A stretch of DNA of 64,000 bases, from NCBI GenBank assembly GCA_963793305.1, contig CAWBZV010000002.1:832001-896000 (forward strand). Reading direction: 5' to 3'. Below the pieces are notes generated by a model. That model did no database searches. It was given only the letters and a program-made list of their open reading frames with translations, and was not told the DNA's origin. The stretch's first letter is position 1. Every line of letters begins with the position of its first letter. The position numbers were made by a program, and so were the translations under genes. Positions 36,510 to 46,107 of the stretch are shown piece by piece. Origin of the DNA: an uncultured Gemmatimonadales bacterium. GTDB lineage: Bacteria > Gemmatimonadota > Gemmatimonadetes > Gemmatimonadales > Gemmatimonadaceae.

Positions 36510-37448
36510 ATGCAAGTCGCTGAGCCTCAGATGGTGGCGGCGCCGCTGACGCGCGCGGCGCTCTTCGTGGTCGTTACGCTGAACCGCACGCCCGCGGCCC
36601 GTTCCGCGGTTCGGGGTCTCTCCGGCGACCTGTCGGCACTCCTCCGAACGGTCGGCACGCGCGATCTCGACGGCCGTCTCTCGTGCGTGATGGGGGTCGG
36701 CTCTGACGCATGGGACTTCCTCTTCGGCCCGCCGCGCCCCGCCGGCTTACACCCGTTCCGCGAGATTCGCGCGGGGAACCGTATCGCCGTCGCCACGCCG
36801 GGCGACCTGCACTTTCACATCCGCGCGCAGCGCCAGGACCTCTGCTTCGAGCTCGCGACGCTGATCATGTCGCGCCTCGCAGGTACGGTGACGGCGCAGG
36901 ACGAGGTGGTGGGGTTTCGGTACTTCGACGACCGCGATCTGATCGGGTTCGTCGACGGGACAGAAAATCCGCGCGATCAGGCGGCCGTCGACGCGACGGT
37001 GATCGGCGACGAGGATCCCGCGTTTCGCGGCGGCAGCTATCTCGTGGTGCAGAAATATTTCCACGACCTCACTGGCTGGAACGCGCTGTCGGTCGCCGAG
37101 CAGGAGAAGATCATCGGTCGGGAGAAGCTCTCCAACGTGGAGTTGGATGACAGCGTCAAACCCGCCTCAGCCCACAACGCGTTGACGACGATCGAGGTCG
37201 ACGGCCGCGAGATCAAGATCTTGCGCGACAACATGCCGTTCGGCTCTCCGTCCCGGAGCGAATTCGGAACGTATTTTATCGGCTACGCGCGATCACTCGG
37301 CACGATCGAGCAGATGCTCACGAACATGTTCGTCGGCCGCCCCCCGGGGAACTACGATCGCCTGTTGGATTTCAGCCGCGCGGTCACCGGCTCCCAATAC
37401 TTCGTGCCGCCGGCGACGTTCTTGGAGAACGTCTCGCCCGAGTCGTAG
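36510..37448 (+). CDS. Dye-decolorizing peroxidase (DyP)
   Basis: GFVDGTENP, proximal AH, ILRDNMPFG, YDRLLDFS. Confidence 0.92.
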   Translation: MQVAEPQMVAAPLTRAALFVVVTLNRTPAARSAVRGLSGDLSALLRTVGTRDLDGRLSCVMGVGSDAWDFLFGPPRPAGLHPFREIRAGNRIAVATPGDLHFHIRAQRQDLCFELATLIMSRLAGTVTAQDEVVGFRYFDDRDLIGFVDGTENPRDQAAVDATVIGDEDPAFRGGSYLVVQKYFHDLTGWNALSVAEQEKIIGREKLSNVELDDSVKPASAHNALTTIEVDGREIKILRDNMPFGSPSRSEFGTYFIGYARSLGTIEQMLTNMFVGRPPGNYDRLLDFSRAVTGSQYFVPPATFLENVSPES

Positions 37449-37526
37449 CGCGTGACGCCCCCGCCCGCGCGCCCTGAGCCGCCGTTGGCCCGTGCTGGCG
37501 GGGCCGCTAGATTACGTCGCTCGCAC

Positions 37527-37600
37527 GGCAGGGTAGCTCAGCTGGTTAGAGCACGGCACTCATAATGCCGGGGTCGCGGGTTCGAGTCCCGCCCCTGCTA
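37527..37600 (+). tRNA. tRNA-Met (CAT), elongator type (tRNA-Ile2 not excluded); CCA not encoded
   Basis: GGCAGGG/CCCTGCT acceptor stem, TAGCTCAG D arm, CTCATAA loop, GGTTCGAGTCC T arm. Confidence 0.93.
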
Positions 37601-37606
37601 CTTCCG

Positions 37607-37641
37607 AAGTCGCGCAATCCGAGAGGGTTGCGCGATTTTTT
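37607..37641 (+). terminator. Element-supplied terminator for tRNA-Met
   Basis: AAGTCGCGCAATCC-GAGA-GGGTTGCGCGATTTTTT. Confidence 0.8.
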
Positions 37642-37668
37642 CTTGGTGATTACACCGTTCACCCGCGG

Positions 37669-37693
37669 CTTGGTACAAGAAATGGTACAAGAC
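37669..37693 (+). repeat. Putative integrase arm-type sites, left
   Basis: cttggtacaagaaatggtacaagac (TGGTACAAGA x2); 24/25 match to 59097-59121. Confidence 0.75.
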
Positions 37694-37694
37694 G

Positions 37695-39534
37695 TTAAGG
37701 ACGCGCCGACGCGGCGCTCAGCTGGTACAGCAACGACAATGCGAGACCCGCCATCTCGGCCGAACACTGGCCGAGGCGTGCTAGGCCATGCGCGAAATCG
37801 TTGCGGAGGTTCAAGCCAGTCTGTGAGTCGAGGACCGAATCAATGTGGTCCCAGAGATCGGAACCTAGATATGCTTTTACGGTCCTTCCGTCCGGAAGCG
37901 TGCGCCGCATGAGGGTCGCCAGTGTGGCATCATCGGTTCTGGAGGTACCATCGCCGACGTTACGCCGAAAGTCGGTCGTGTCCACGCCAAGCGATCGAAG
38001 ATGCTGCCGTAGGCTGTCCTCGAATGTGGGGCACCAAGATATGTGTCGCTGATACAAAATCTTCCGCGATCAGACGTTCACATCCGCGGTGAAGCATCGT
38101 GATCGTGTCTTGGTCAAGTGCGAGTGGCATGATCGGGACGATCAGGTCATCGGGCGTGAGCCCAACTGTCGCAGCCGCGCCGATGACGGTCGTAGCCACG
38201 GCGGCGCCGAGCAATCGCGCGTCCAGCATCGCTCGTTGCTCTACATCCAATGCGACGTTGCCAGCTGTTGTGCCGCTTTCGCCAACGACCTTGCTGGTGG
38301 TGATGACTGTGCGTCCAACAAGCGCTTGCAACGGCGCTTCGGCGTTTGCTTCGAGCACACGTGTCGTGAGGCTGGCCCGGTCCGGCACGGACGCCGTCAC
38401 GCGCTCAAGTAGAGCGGTCATGGTCGCGCCGGCTGTGTCGCGGGTGTAGTCCATTAATTCCTTCGGGATCTCGATTGGCATAGTTATCACGTTGAATTCG
38501 CCGCCAGTGATCGCCTTCTTCAGAGCCGACTGCTCGCTGACACGCAGCTTAGATACCTGGTCGGCCGTGTAGTATTGCCGCTCGGTTTCTGCGAGGCGCA
38601 GCGCCTCACGATAGAAGTGGGCGGCCAAAACACCCTCGCCGCGCGAGGCGTGCAGATCGGCTCGCAATACCAGCGCGTCAAAGTGGGTGCGGACTCTGCG
38701 CTCGTGTGTGCCTTGCTCGCCCCAATGCTTTCGCAATATCGCGTCGATCTCGGCGGTCTTCCGCACGAAGTCATCGGCAATGTGTCGAGCTTGATAGAAG
38801 GCGAGCGCATCCGCGACCAAGGTCAGTGTCCGCAACCGAAGCGCCTCTGAAACGGCGTCTGCTGGTATCACTGCCAAATGGGCCAGGTAAGGTGCAACCC
38901 ACCGGTGCCGCATGAACTCCCGCTCGCTCGGATCACGTACCGGAAAGGTGCGCGAGCTGTCGGCGAGGTTGACGAGCCACTCAGTCCACTCCTTCTGTTC
39001 GTTCGGCTGTAGGACACCTTGCCGCGAAAGAAGCGTGGAGACGCGAGTCAATGCTCGGTCGATAAAGACACCGGCGAAAGCGTCGGGGTCGTTGGCGGCA
39101 TCTGTCCTGCAACTATCAATGTAGCGTCGGTAGATGGTCAGTAGTTGTTGCTGTCGTCGGATCCATTCCTTTCCACGCTGCTCGGACCGCAGGAAAACGA
39201 ACTCGAGATAGTGCAGCTCGAGTACGATGTCGCGGGTCTCCTTGGCGCGCTCCTCAGCGTACGCTACGGTATCCGCCGTCAACCGATAATGTGTCGCATA
39301 TGGCTCATATGGTGCCCCGCCGTAAGGGGAGTTTCCATCGGCCGGTGTGATAATGAGATCATGGAGCCCGAGCTCCCAATAAGCCAACCGTACGGATACC
39401 GGGTCCGCTGCGGCCTCGAAGCGTTGTAGAGCACTGAGTACAATGCTTCGCTTCGCCTCATAGTAGTGTAAACTCGCTGGGAGCTTGGCAGGAGCATCGT
39501 ACTGGGGGCCCAGCAGCCCAGGCGTCAGCGCCAT
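37695..39534 (-). CDS. DUF4209-like protein with C-terminal HEPN-type RxxxxH motif; 1-nt insertion near 38023
   Basis: Helical N-region; repaired junction LVPHIEDSLR; GLNLRNDFAHGL. Confidence 0.75.
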
Positions 39535-39636
39535 GGCCTAAACTTAGTGCGTCGACAAGTCGTCCACGGGACCAAAGCTTAGACACGCCGAAAATCGCGG
39601 ATGCGAGATCTCCTCATTCCTTTGTCGCCGGCTCCA

Positions 39637-40782
39637 TCAGCTGCCAGTGTGCGACACGTCGTGCGCCGCGGCGATTCGCTCCCACTTATCACGCTCCTGC
39701 TGTGACGGCATGAATCGCCCATAGATCTTGAGCACGAGGATGGCGTTCGCGTGCCCGAGCTGGCGGGCGATGAGCTCTGCCGGCGTGCCGGCGCGGGCGG
39801 CGCGTACTGCGTACGAGTGCCGCTGGTCGTGGATACGGTAGTCCTCGATCCCGAGCGCCGTGCAGGCGGACTTGTGGTGATCCTGTGCGCGCCAGCGGTC
39901 GCAATGCGGGAATAGTGGCGCGTTCGGCGTCAGCAGCGCGCACTGTTTCTCGACGTAGGGCCACGCCCATTCGGCAACGCGCACGATTCGGTCGCGGGCG
40001 TGGGTCTTCGTGCCGGCCGCGCGAATCTCGCGGCGCGGGGCGTCAATGTCGCGGGCGCGCAGCGCGAGGGCGACCGAGACCTCGATCCCCGTGCCGCCGA
40101 GCAGCGCGGAGAGTGTCCGGTAAGGTGCCGGCTGGGCGTCGGCGAGGCGGATCAAATCCACGACTTCGAGCCAGCGACACCGCGGCGCAGCTGGTCGCGG
40201 AGCGCTAATGTCGCGCAACGGGTTTGCCGACAGCACGTGCCGGCGAACGAGATACCGGGCGAACTGTGACATCGCGGCGTGCGCCTTTCGCCGGGTGCCG
40301 GATTTCCCCTTGTAGTGGGCTAGCCAGTCTTCGAGTCTGGCTGCCGTGAACTCCGAGCGAGGAAAGGGCTTTCCCTCGGGCAGCAGGGTGCGGACGGCGA
40401 AGCGGTAGTGCGCCAGTGTGTCGGGCGCGACGTTCGGCGCATGTACTTCGAGCCAGGCGGCAATGTGGGGCTCGAGATCAACGTCGTTCAGGCGATCGCG
40501 TAGCGCGTCGACGCTCTGCGATCGGACCGCGTCGTAGAGATCGCCAACCGTCAGGCGATCGTCAGCCATGGCATTCAAGAGATCCCACTCGCGGCGGTCG
40601 ACGAGCTGTCGCAGCGCGCGCTCGATCGCGCACGCCGTCGAGCGGTTGGGCGTACCGCTCGACTTCCGAACCGAGCCACCAGGTGTCGGTAGCTCAATGT
40701 ACCAATGAGGGCGGTTCGGGCGACGAAAGGGCACGCGGTGAGAGAGAGTAGGAGGGGCGCAATTTAGCAACGCATCGCTCAT
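39637..40782 (-). CDS. int: Tyrosine recombinase/integrase
   Basis: GTKT, IHDQRHSY, QLGHAN..LVLKIY motifs; box I reads TGIEVSV (no Arg). Confidence 0.9.
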   Translation of the reverse strand: MSDALLNCAPPTLSHRVPFRRPNRPHWYIELPTPGGSVRKSSGTPNRSTACAIERALRQLVDRREWDLLNAMADDRLTVGDLYDAVRSQSVDALRDRLNDVDLEPHIAAWLEVHAPNVAPDTLAHYRFAVRTLLPEGKPFPRSEFTAARLEDWLAHYKGKSGTRRKAHAAMSQFARYLVRRHVLSANPLRDISAPRPAAPRCRWLEVVDLIRLADAQPAPYRTLSALLGGTGIEVSVALALRARDIDAPRREIRAAGTKTHARDRIVRVAEWAWPYVEKQCALLTPNAPLFPHCDRWRAQDHHKSACTALGIEDYRIHDQRHSYAVRAARAGTPAELIARQLGHANAILVLKIYGRFMPSQQERDKWERIAAAHDVSHTGS

Positions 40783-40799
40783 GGAGCGTCATCGATATC

Positions 40800-41105
40800 T
40801 CACGGTCCAAATCTCTTCGTTGCGCGACGTTGTTCCGCCCATCCGCGAACGTCCGCGGGACTGTAGCGGACGAGCGGCTTGCCGCGCGTCCCCGTGCCTG
40901 GCAACAGGATCTTGGGGCAGCTGGACGCGCGCAGATATCTCTGGCTGACGCACAGGTATTCGGCGGCCTCAGCCTGCGTCCATAGCCTTTCGCTGTGGCG
41001 AGTTGTCGGCTGCGCATGTGCGGCATGGCTGGGGTCAGATGCGCTCGCTGGCGGCGACGGAGTCCATATTCGGGCCTTCTGACGTGTCATCTCTGTGCGA
41101 GGCAT
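40800..41105 (-). CDS. Excisionase-like HTH protein (start may be internal)
   Basis: LWTQAEAAEYLCVSQRYL...VRYSPADVRGW; directly upstream of int. Confidence 0.75.
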   Translation of the reverse strand: MPRTEMTRQKARIWTPSPPASASDPSHAAHAQPTTRHSERLWTQAEAAEYLCVSQRYLRASSCPKILLPGTGTRGKPLVRYSPADVRGWAEQRRATKRFGP

Positions 41106-41315
41106 TGAGAGCTCTCCTGGTGAGGGTCGGTTCCTCTCTGTTGATCATCTCAAGGCCATTGGCGGTCTATATAAGTAGGGGAGCGATATCTCCCGGACGT
41201 GCACAGAACTGTGAGAGATGCCTATGAGAAACATTGACCGTTGTGATGTGTACCGTGAGCCCCACATTCTGCCACATGCGGCAATGCGAGGCGACGAGGA
41301 ACCGCACAGACGAAC

Positions 41316-42092
41316 ATGGGAGGCGACATGACTGATGGGGTGTCGGAGCAGGGAAGTGGATCAGGTGCGGATGGAGAGAGTCGATCGATGGTGGGCCACT
41401 ACGCAATGAGAGTGGCGCGTGACGCGGCGCTAGCCCTGCGCATTCGTGCGGGCAATGACGAAGCGTACACGGAGCTTTACAACCTCTATTGGGCGAGCCT
41501 GTGCCGAGCTGCGGCCTCGGTCGTGGGCGATGAGGCGCCCGATGTCGTGCAGCGGGTGTTCCTGAAGATTTGGCTCAAACGCGAGCGCTGGACGGTGAGA
41601 GCAACGGTGGTGGCCTACTTGTTCACTGCCGTTCGGAATCGTGCGCTTGAGCTCATCGGTGAGGACAAGCATCGGCGGTGCAATGAGCGACACTTCGCGG
41701 ACGGATCGCGTCGGTTAGATCGCGCTGACCGGCAGCGGGAAGACGAAAGTCCCGATTGGATCGCTGAGATCGATGAGCAAATCGCCGCCATCTTCGCGAG
41801 CGGCGAGGCTCGCGCGATGCGCGGTGACGTGGAGCATGCCCTCAACGCCGCGGTTGTGGCAATGTCTCCGCGCTGCCGGGAAGTGTTCACGATGTACTGG
41901 GAGATGCAGCCTGAGCACGCGTTCTCTTACCGCGAAATCGGTAAGGCCTTGGGAATGAGTTCGTCCACAGTGCGGCAGCACTTGATCAAAGCACGTGGAA
42001 TCCTCGAGGAGAGCCTTGAGCGTGCGGGCTGGGTCAACGTCCTCAAGCGCCAGTCGACGTGTGCCCGCGAAGGTGGTCAGGATGCCGCGTAA
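41316..42092 (+). CDS. ECF-type sigma-70 factor
   Basis: AYTELYNLY, DVVQRVFLKIW, YLFTAVRNRAL, SYREIGKALGMSSSTVRQHL. Confidence 0.85.
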   Translation: MGGDMTDGVSEQGSGSGADGESRSMVGHYAMRVARDAALALRIRAGNDEAYTELYNLYWASLCRAAASVVGDEAPDVVQRVFLKIWLKRERWTVRATVVAYLFTAVRNRALELIGEDKHRRCNERHFADGSRRLDRADRQREDESPDWIAEIDEQIAAIFASGEARAMRGDVEHALNAAVVAMSPRCREVFTMYWEMQPEHAFSYREIGKALGMSSSTVRQHLIKARGILEESLERAGWVNVLKRQSTCAREGGQDAA

Positions 42093-42396
42093 GGCTCGGT
42101 TGAGAGCCTCGGCTCCGGGCTCGCGCGACCTATGGAGCCGCCGACGGGACTGGCATCAGCCGAACGAGATGTGCTTGGCGGAGCTCCGGCGGGGCATGGC
42201 CGTGATTGAGCGCAAGCGGTTTGCGCGTGAGCTGCGAGCGATCCAACGACGCCGGCGATGGATGGCGGGCCTGATCTTCGGGCTTCTGAACGGTGCGGAG
42301 TACAATGCCGCACTTGCTGCGGCACCTCTGGCTCGACGCGCGGCGCTGTCAGTCGTAGCCGCGCTGGCTGCCCGAACGCCTCAGTGTCAGAATTGA
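42082..42396 (+). CDS. Hypothetical Arg-rich protein
   Basis: Overlaps sigma stop; 3' part overlaps a non-coding repeat, so coding status is doubtful. Confidence 0.35.
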   Translation: MPRKARLRASAPGSRDLWSRRRDWHQPNEMCLAELRRGMAVIERKRFARELRAIQRRRRWMAGLIFGLLNGAEYNAALAAAPLARRAALSVVAALAARTPQCQN

Positions 42397-42401
42397 TATA
42401 T

Positions 42402-42608
42402 CTACCCGTCGTGGCGGACGCCACGCTCAAGCTCCTCCCACGGACAGTGTTCGTCCTCGTACGCCTGGACGAGCGTCGATAGGAACTCCAGGCGCTCGTA
42501 CTCCTCGCTGCCGCGTCTGGGGCCGGCATCGAGCAGCGCGTCGATCTCATGGACCGCAGACCAAAATTCCTGAGGTGTGCTCAGGACGTGCGGTTTCTTT
42601 GAGTCCAT
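42402..42608 (-). CDS. HigA-like antitoxin N-terminal fragment (no HTH)
   Basis: EIDALLDA..GSEEYERLEFLSTLVQAYEDEH. Confidence 0.65.
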   Translation of the reverse strand: MDSKKPHVLSTPQEFWSAVHEIDALLDAGPRRGSEEYERLEFLSTLVQAYEDEHCPWEELERGVRHDG

Positions 42609-43039
42609 CAGCCGCGCAATAGCGCTCGGAAGCCCGCTTGCTCGAAATTGCGATCGGCAGTCAAAGCGTCGCCGAGGCCGAGCTCAGTCATCGTCACGAA
42701 TGAGAGGCAGTCGACAAGGCCCCACGCCTTGTCAGTCCGGTTCTGATACAAGGCGAGCGCTCTATCGTAGCTCAGTCCCGTCACTTCGACGATCTGCGCC
42801 TGCGGGTCGTTGGGGATGAGGGCCAAGAAGCGAGCGGCCTGCTGTCGCGAGGTCGGTCCGGCCAGCCCGTTCCCGATTTCCAGCATGACGGCCCGTGTAA
42901 TGACGTAGCCAGTCCGAGTCTCCTGTAAGACTCGTGCGAGCTCGACGGCCTGGGCGTGATGGACATCGGCAGGAGACAGCAATGCAATCGCGTACGACGT
43001 GTCGACGAGTACTCGACCCGCCAGGCGTGGAATTGTCAT
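42608..43039 (-). CDS. vapC: PIN-domain (VapC-like) toxin
   Basis: LVDTS, V..E, GLVDCLSF, ALTADRNFEQAGF. Confidence 0.9.
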   Translation of the reverse strand: MTIPRLAGRVLVDTSYAIALLSPADVHHAQAVELARVLQETRTGYVITRAVMLEIGNGLAGPTSRQQAARFLALIPNDPQAQIVEVTGLSYDRALALYQNRTDKAWGLVDCLSFVTMTELGLGDALTADRNFEQAGFRALLRG

Positions 43040-43059
43040 TGTCGATCTGGGCGACGTGG

Positions 43060-43314
43060 TCAGTTGCTGCGCCGCCGCTCGTCTTCGGCCAGGTACTCTT
43101 CCCAGCGTTCCGACCAATCGGGCGGGCCGCTCACCTGGGCGGACTCAAGGTACGCGAGAGCCGACCCCCACTCGCCGGGTGCGGTGCGTGCTCCCGATGC
43201 GCCGTTCTCACCGGCGCTGGCGACTGCGGTGCGGACCTGGGCGAGCACGTCGTCTGGCGTGGCCCCGTCAGGAAGGGCCTGTACGGCGCGGAGCACCCGT
43301 TCTTTGACTGTCAT
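43060..43314 (-). CDS. Putative antitoxin
   Basis: Small ORF upstream of the PIN gene, ends GPPDWSERWEEYL. Confidence 0.65.
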   Translation of the reverse strand: MTVKERVLRAVQALPDGATPDDVLAQVRTAVASAGENGASGARTAPGEWGSALAYLESAQVSGPPDWSERWEEYLAEDERRRSN

Positions 43315-43452
43315 CTAGACCTCCGGAGCCACTTCATGTTCGCAGCAACGCAATGGGTCAACATAGTAGTATCGAGGGTTTGCGGTCGCCCGTCCACGGT
43401 TGATCGAGAACGGTCCGGTCTCCAAGTACTGACGCTCGCCAACAGGTGGGAG

Positions 43453-44134
43453 TCAGAGCCAGCCCTCTTCCTTGAAGCTGATATAGCGGTCGCGCCCGAT
43501 GATCACGTGATCGTCGACGGGTATGCCTATCATGTTCCCGGCAGCCGCGCACTGTTCTGTTAAGCCGCGATCCTCGCGTGACGGCGTGGGGTCGCCACTT
43601 GGGTGGTTGTGGACCAGGATGATCGATGAGGCTGGCGCGCCAACGACCTGACGGAATAGTTCGCGGGGGTGGATTGCGACGTAACCGAGTATTCCCGTCG
43701 CGACCCGAATCGTGCGCTCGAGGCGGCGCTGGCGGTCGAGCACGCCGACGTGAAACTCCTCGACCGGTAGATCCTGCAGCTGCGGTGCGAACACGACCGC
43801 GATATCGCCTGAGTGATGCATGGGGGGCCGATAGGGCAAAGACTCCGCGGCCCAACGCCGGGCGAGCTCGAACGAGGCGACGATCTGGCCGGCGCGCACC
43901 GGGCCAATGCCGCATACCCTCGTGAGCGCGCTCGGCGGCGAGCACCCCATGCGCCGCAGCGAGCCGCTGCAGCTGGCGAGTAGCTCACAGCCGATCCCGA
44001 TCGCGGCATCCTGCCCAGTGGCCGCGCCCACGAGGATCGACCAAGAGCTCGGGAACCGTGAGGACTCCGGCCCCCAGGCGGAGTAGCCGCTCACGCGGCC
44101 ACTCCGTTCGGTGTAGATCGCCGATAGTGAGCAT
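43453..44134 (-). CDS. radC: RadC/JAB-domain protein, 1-nt insertion near 44041
   Basis: PRERLLRLGA..L...ELL; HPRE; HNHPSGDPTPSRED; DHVIIG. Confidence 0.9.
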
Positions 44135-44481
44135 CACACTTCCGCGTGAGTGGCGCGGTGCTCGGCGATGTAGTCTGCCATATCGTCGTCGAACTCCTGG
44201 GCGCACCGGAGCTCGTCGGTGTCGTGGAGGAGGCGGCCGTCGATCTCGCGCGACTCCTGGTTCGGCTTGATCGCGCAGCCGCACCAGGCGCATGGCGGCT
44301 CGACGCGGATGTAGCGGCGAAGGAGCGAGGCCTCGGCGACGGCACGCTGCGCGAGGTTGTGGCGTGCGAGCTCTGCCTCGATGTAAGAGGTGAACGGGGT
44401 GTCGTCGACCGACCATAGCCCTTCAGTGGCGATGATACCGACTTCGACGGCGCGGATGGCGCGTGCTTCCGATGGTGACAT
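44134..44481 (-). CDS. Hypothetical protein with CxxC...H...C
   Basis: GGAGG RBS upstream; stop overlaps radC start; CAWC. Confidence 0.6.
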   Translation of the reverse strand: MSPSEARAIRAVEVGIIATEGLWSVDDTPFTSYIEAELARHNLAQRAVAEASLLRRYIRVEPPCAWCGCAIKPNQESREIDGRLLHDTDELRCAQEFDDDMADYIAEHRATHAEV

Positions 44482-45066
44482 GCGACCTCCCGATGATGGC
44501 CCGGGAGGAGCACGCGGTTACCATGCGCGTGCCCCTTCGGGGGTGATTGGAGGAGCCAGTCCCGCGACTCGGCGATGGGGAGCGGGCTGGCTCTGTTTTT
44601 GGTGGGAGGAATTTTAGCGACAGAGAGTGAGCTAAACCGTTACCACTGGCTGGCTTATCTAATCGTTAGCCATCGAGAGCCGAGGCGCGTCGTGGGAGCC
44701 GACTGCCAGCCCGGGCTGTCCACGCAAAGGGCCGTTGCTCTCAGAGGGTGGGGCATGCTGAGCAGCATCGAGAGGCGCGATCAAGGCTCTAGCTGGCAAC
44801 ATGAGACAGAGCGCGTAGCGCAGTCCGATGCAGTACATCGGCGGAGCGAAGCGGAGCTGATGTGGCGGAGCCTGCGCACGCGCAGCGTGCGCACGGGTGG
44901 CGCACGCTGGAGGATCGGGTGATGCGCGCACGACCGAATCGTTGCGGAGAATCGCTGTATCGCCGCTTGACGGACCGATTTGCGGTTGGGTCGGTCTAGC
45001 CGTGTGAGACTAGTGCGAGGCGAAGCCCAATGCGCCACATCGCCGAATGGCAACGCCAGCGATCGG

Positions 45067-45675
45067 TCATCGCGTGCAGGTAAGCTGCACGCCTTGGAGC
45101 TGGACTTGCTTCTCCGTGAGCAAAGAGAAAGCGTTGGAGATTACGAGCGCATACTTGCCACCACCAGTCATGTTGACGTTGAGTGGAATCGCGGTTTCGC
45201 GACCAGTGGAGAAATAGACCTTCGACTGGTGGTTGTTCTTCCAGTTGAGGTATTGGTCCCACGTTGTCACAAGGACCATGATATCCTTGGCGCCACCTGA
45301 GAGTGCTTCAATGTGTCCGATCATGTGGCAATTCGGGCGGTCCGGTGGTACGACGAAACTCCACACCCAGTATGTGCCCGCTTTTACTTCTTGCGTCCCG
45401 TCCTGGGCCGTGATGGTAAGTGGGCCGCCCATCTGGGTTGGCACGGCGGCACTCGATCCACTGCGAGCCCAGAACACCACTGCGCCGATCATTGCCAGTA
45501 CGACAAGGAACGCTGGACTGCCAATGCTGCGCTTCTTAGCCGGCGCCGGTGCAGGCTTCGAGCGACTCGATTGCGCTCCGGATGCCGTGTTCGTGGCGCT
45601 GAGGTCTCGGCCGCAATGTTTGCAAAGGACTGCGGCGTTCTGAATCTGCTCTGCACAGAAAGGGCAGTTCTTCAT
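45067..45675 (-). CDS. Zinc-ribbon + TM + beta-sandwich protein
   Basis: CPFCAEQI..AAVLCKHCG, single TM helix. Confidence 0.75.
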   Translation of the reverse strand: MKNCPFCAEQIQNAAVLCKHCGRDLSATNTASGAQSSRSKPAPAPAKKRSIGSPAFLVVLAMIGAVVFWARSGSSAAVPTQMGGPLTITAQDGTQEVKAGTYWVWSFVVPPDRPNCHMIGHIEALSGGAKDIMVLVTTWDQYLNWKNNHQSKVYFSTGRETAIPLNVNMTGGGKYALVISNAFSLLTEKQVQLQGVQLTCTR

Positions 45676-45826
45676 CGTCGGCACTCGTGTCGAAGTGTTC
45701 TCTTGAGCATTCGTTTACACATTGACGACGAGTCCGACAGATCGTCAGTCCGCCACTGGGCAGCGCTTGCAGTCTCGCAAGTTGCCGCAGTGTTCTCGCA
45801 CCAGGGCTGAAGCTCGACGGGAGCAG

Positions 45827-45973
45827 GGGGCACGGAGCGGCTGCAAGGAGCGAAGCGACTTGCAGTCGCGGAGTGCCCCACCTCGCCGCCGCTAACAACT
45901 GCGAGGCCCGCGTCCGAAGGATGGGGGCCGGCTGCGGCTGACTGAACACGCAAAACGGGAGGTGGCTGCTCCA
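45827..45973. repeat. 147-bp structured direct repeat, copy 1
   Basis: Colinear with 48520-48666; three hairpins. Confidence 0.92.
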
Positions 45974-46107
45974 GCCGCGTCGCGCCAATCCTTTGCCGTT
46001 CGTTAGTTCGAGCCGGGGGGCGCGGGAGTCCCGAGATTGCGAAGCGCCCCCTTGTGCTGGCGCTTCAGAAGAGACCGTGGGAGCCGACGTTGGCTGAGTG
46101 CACCTTC

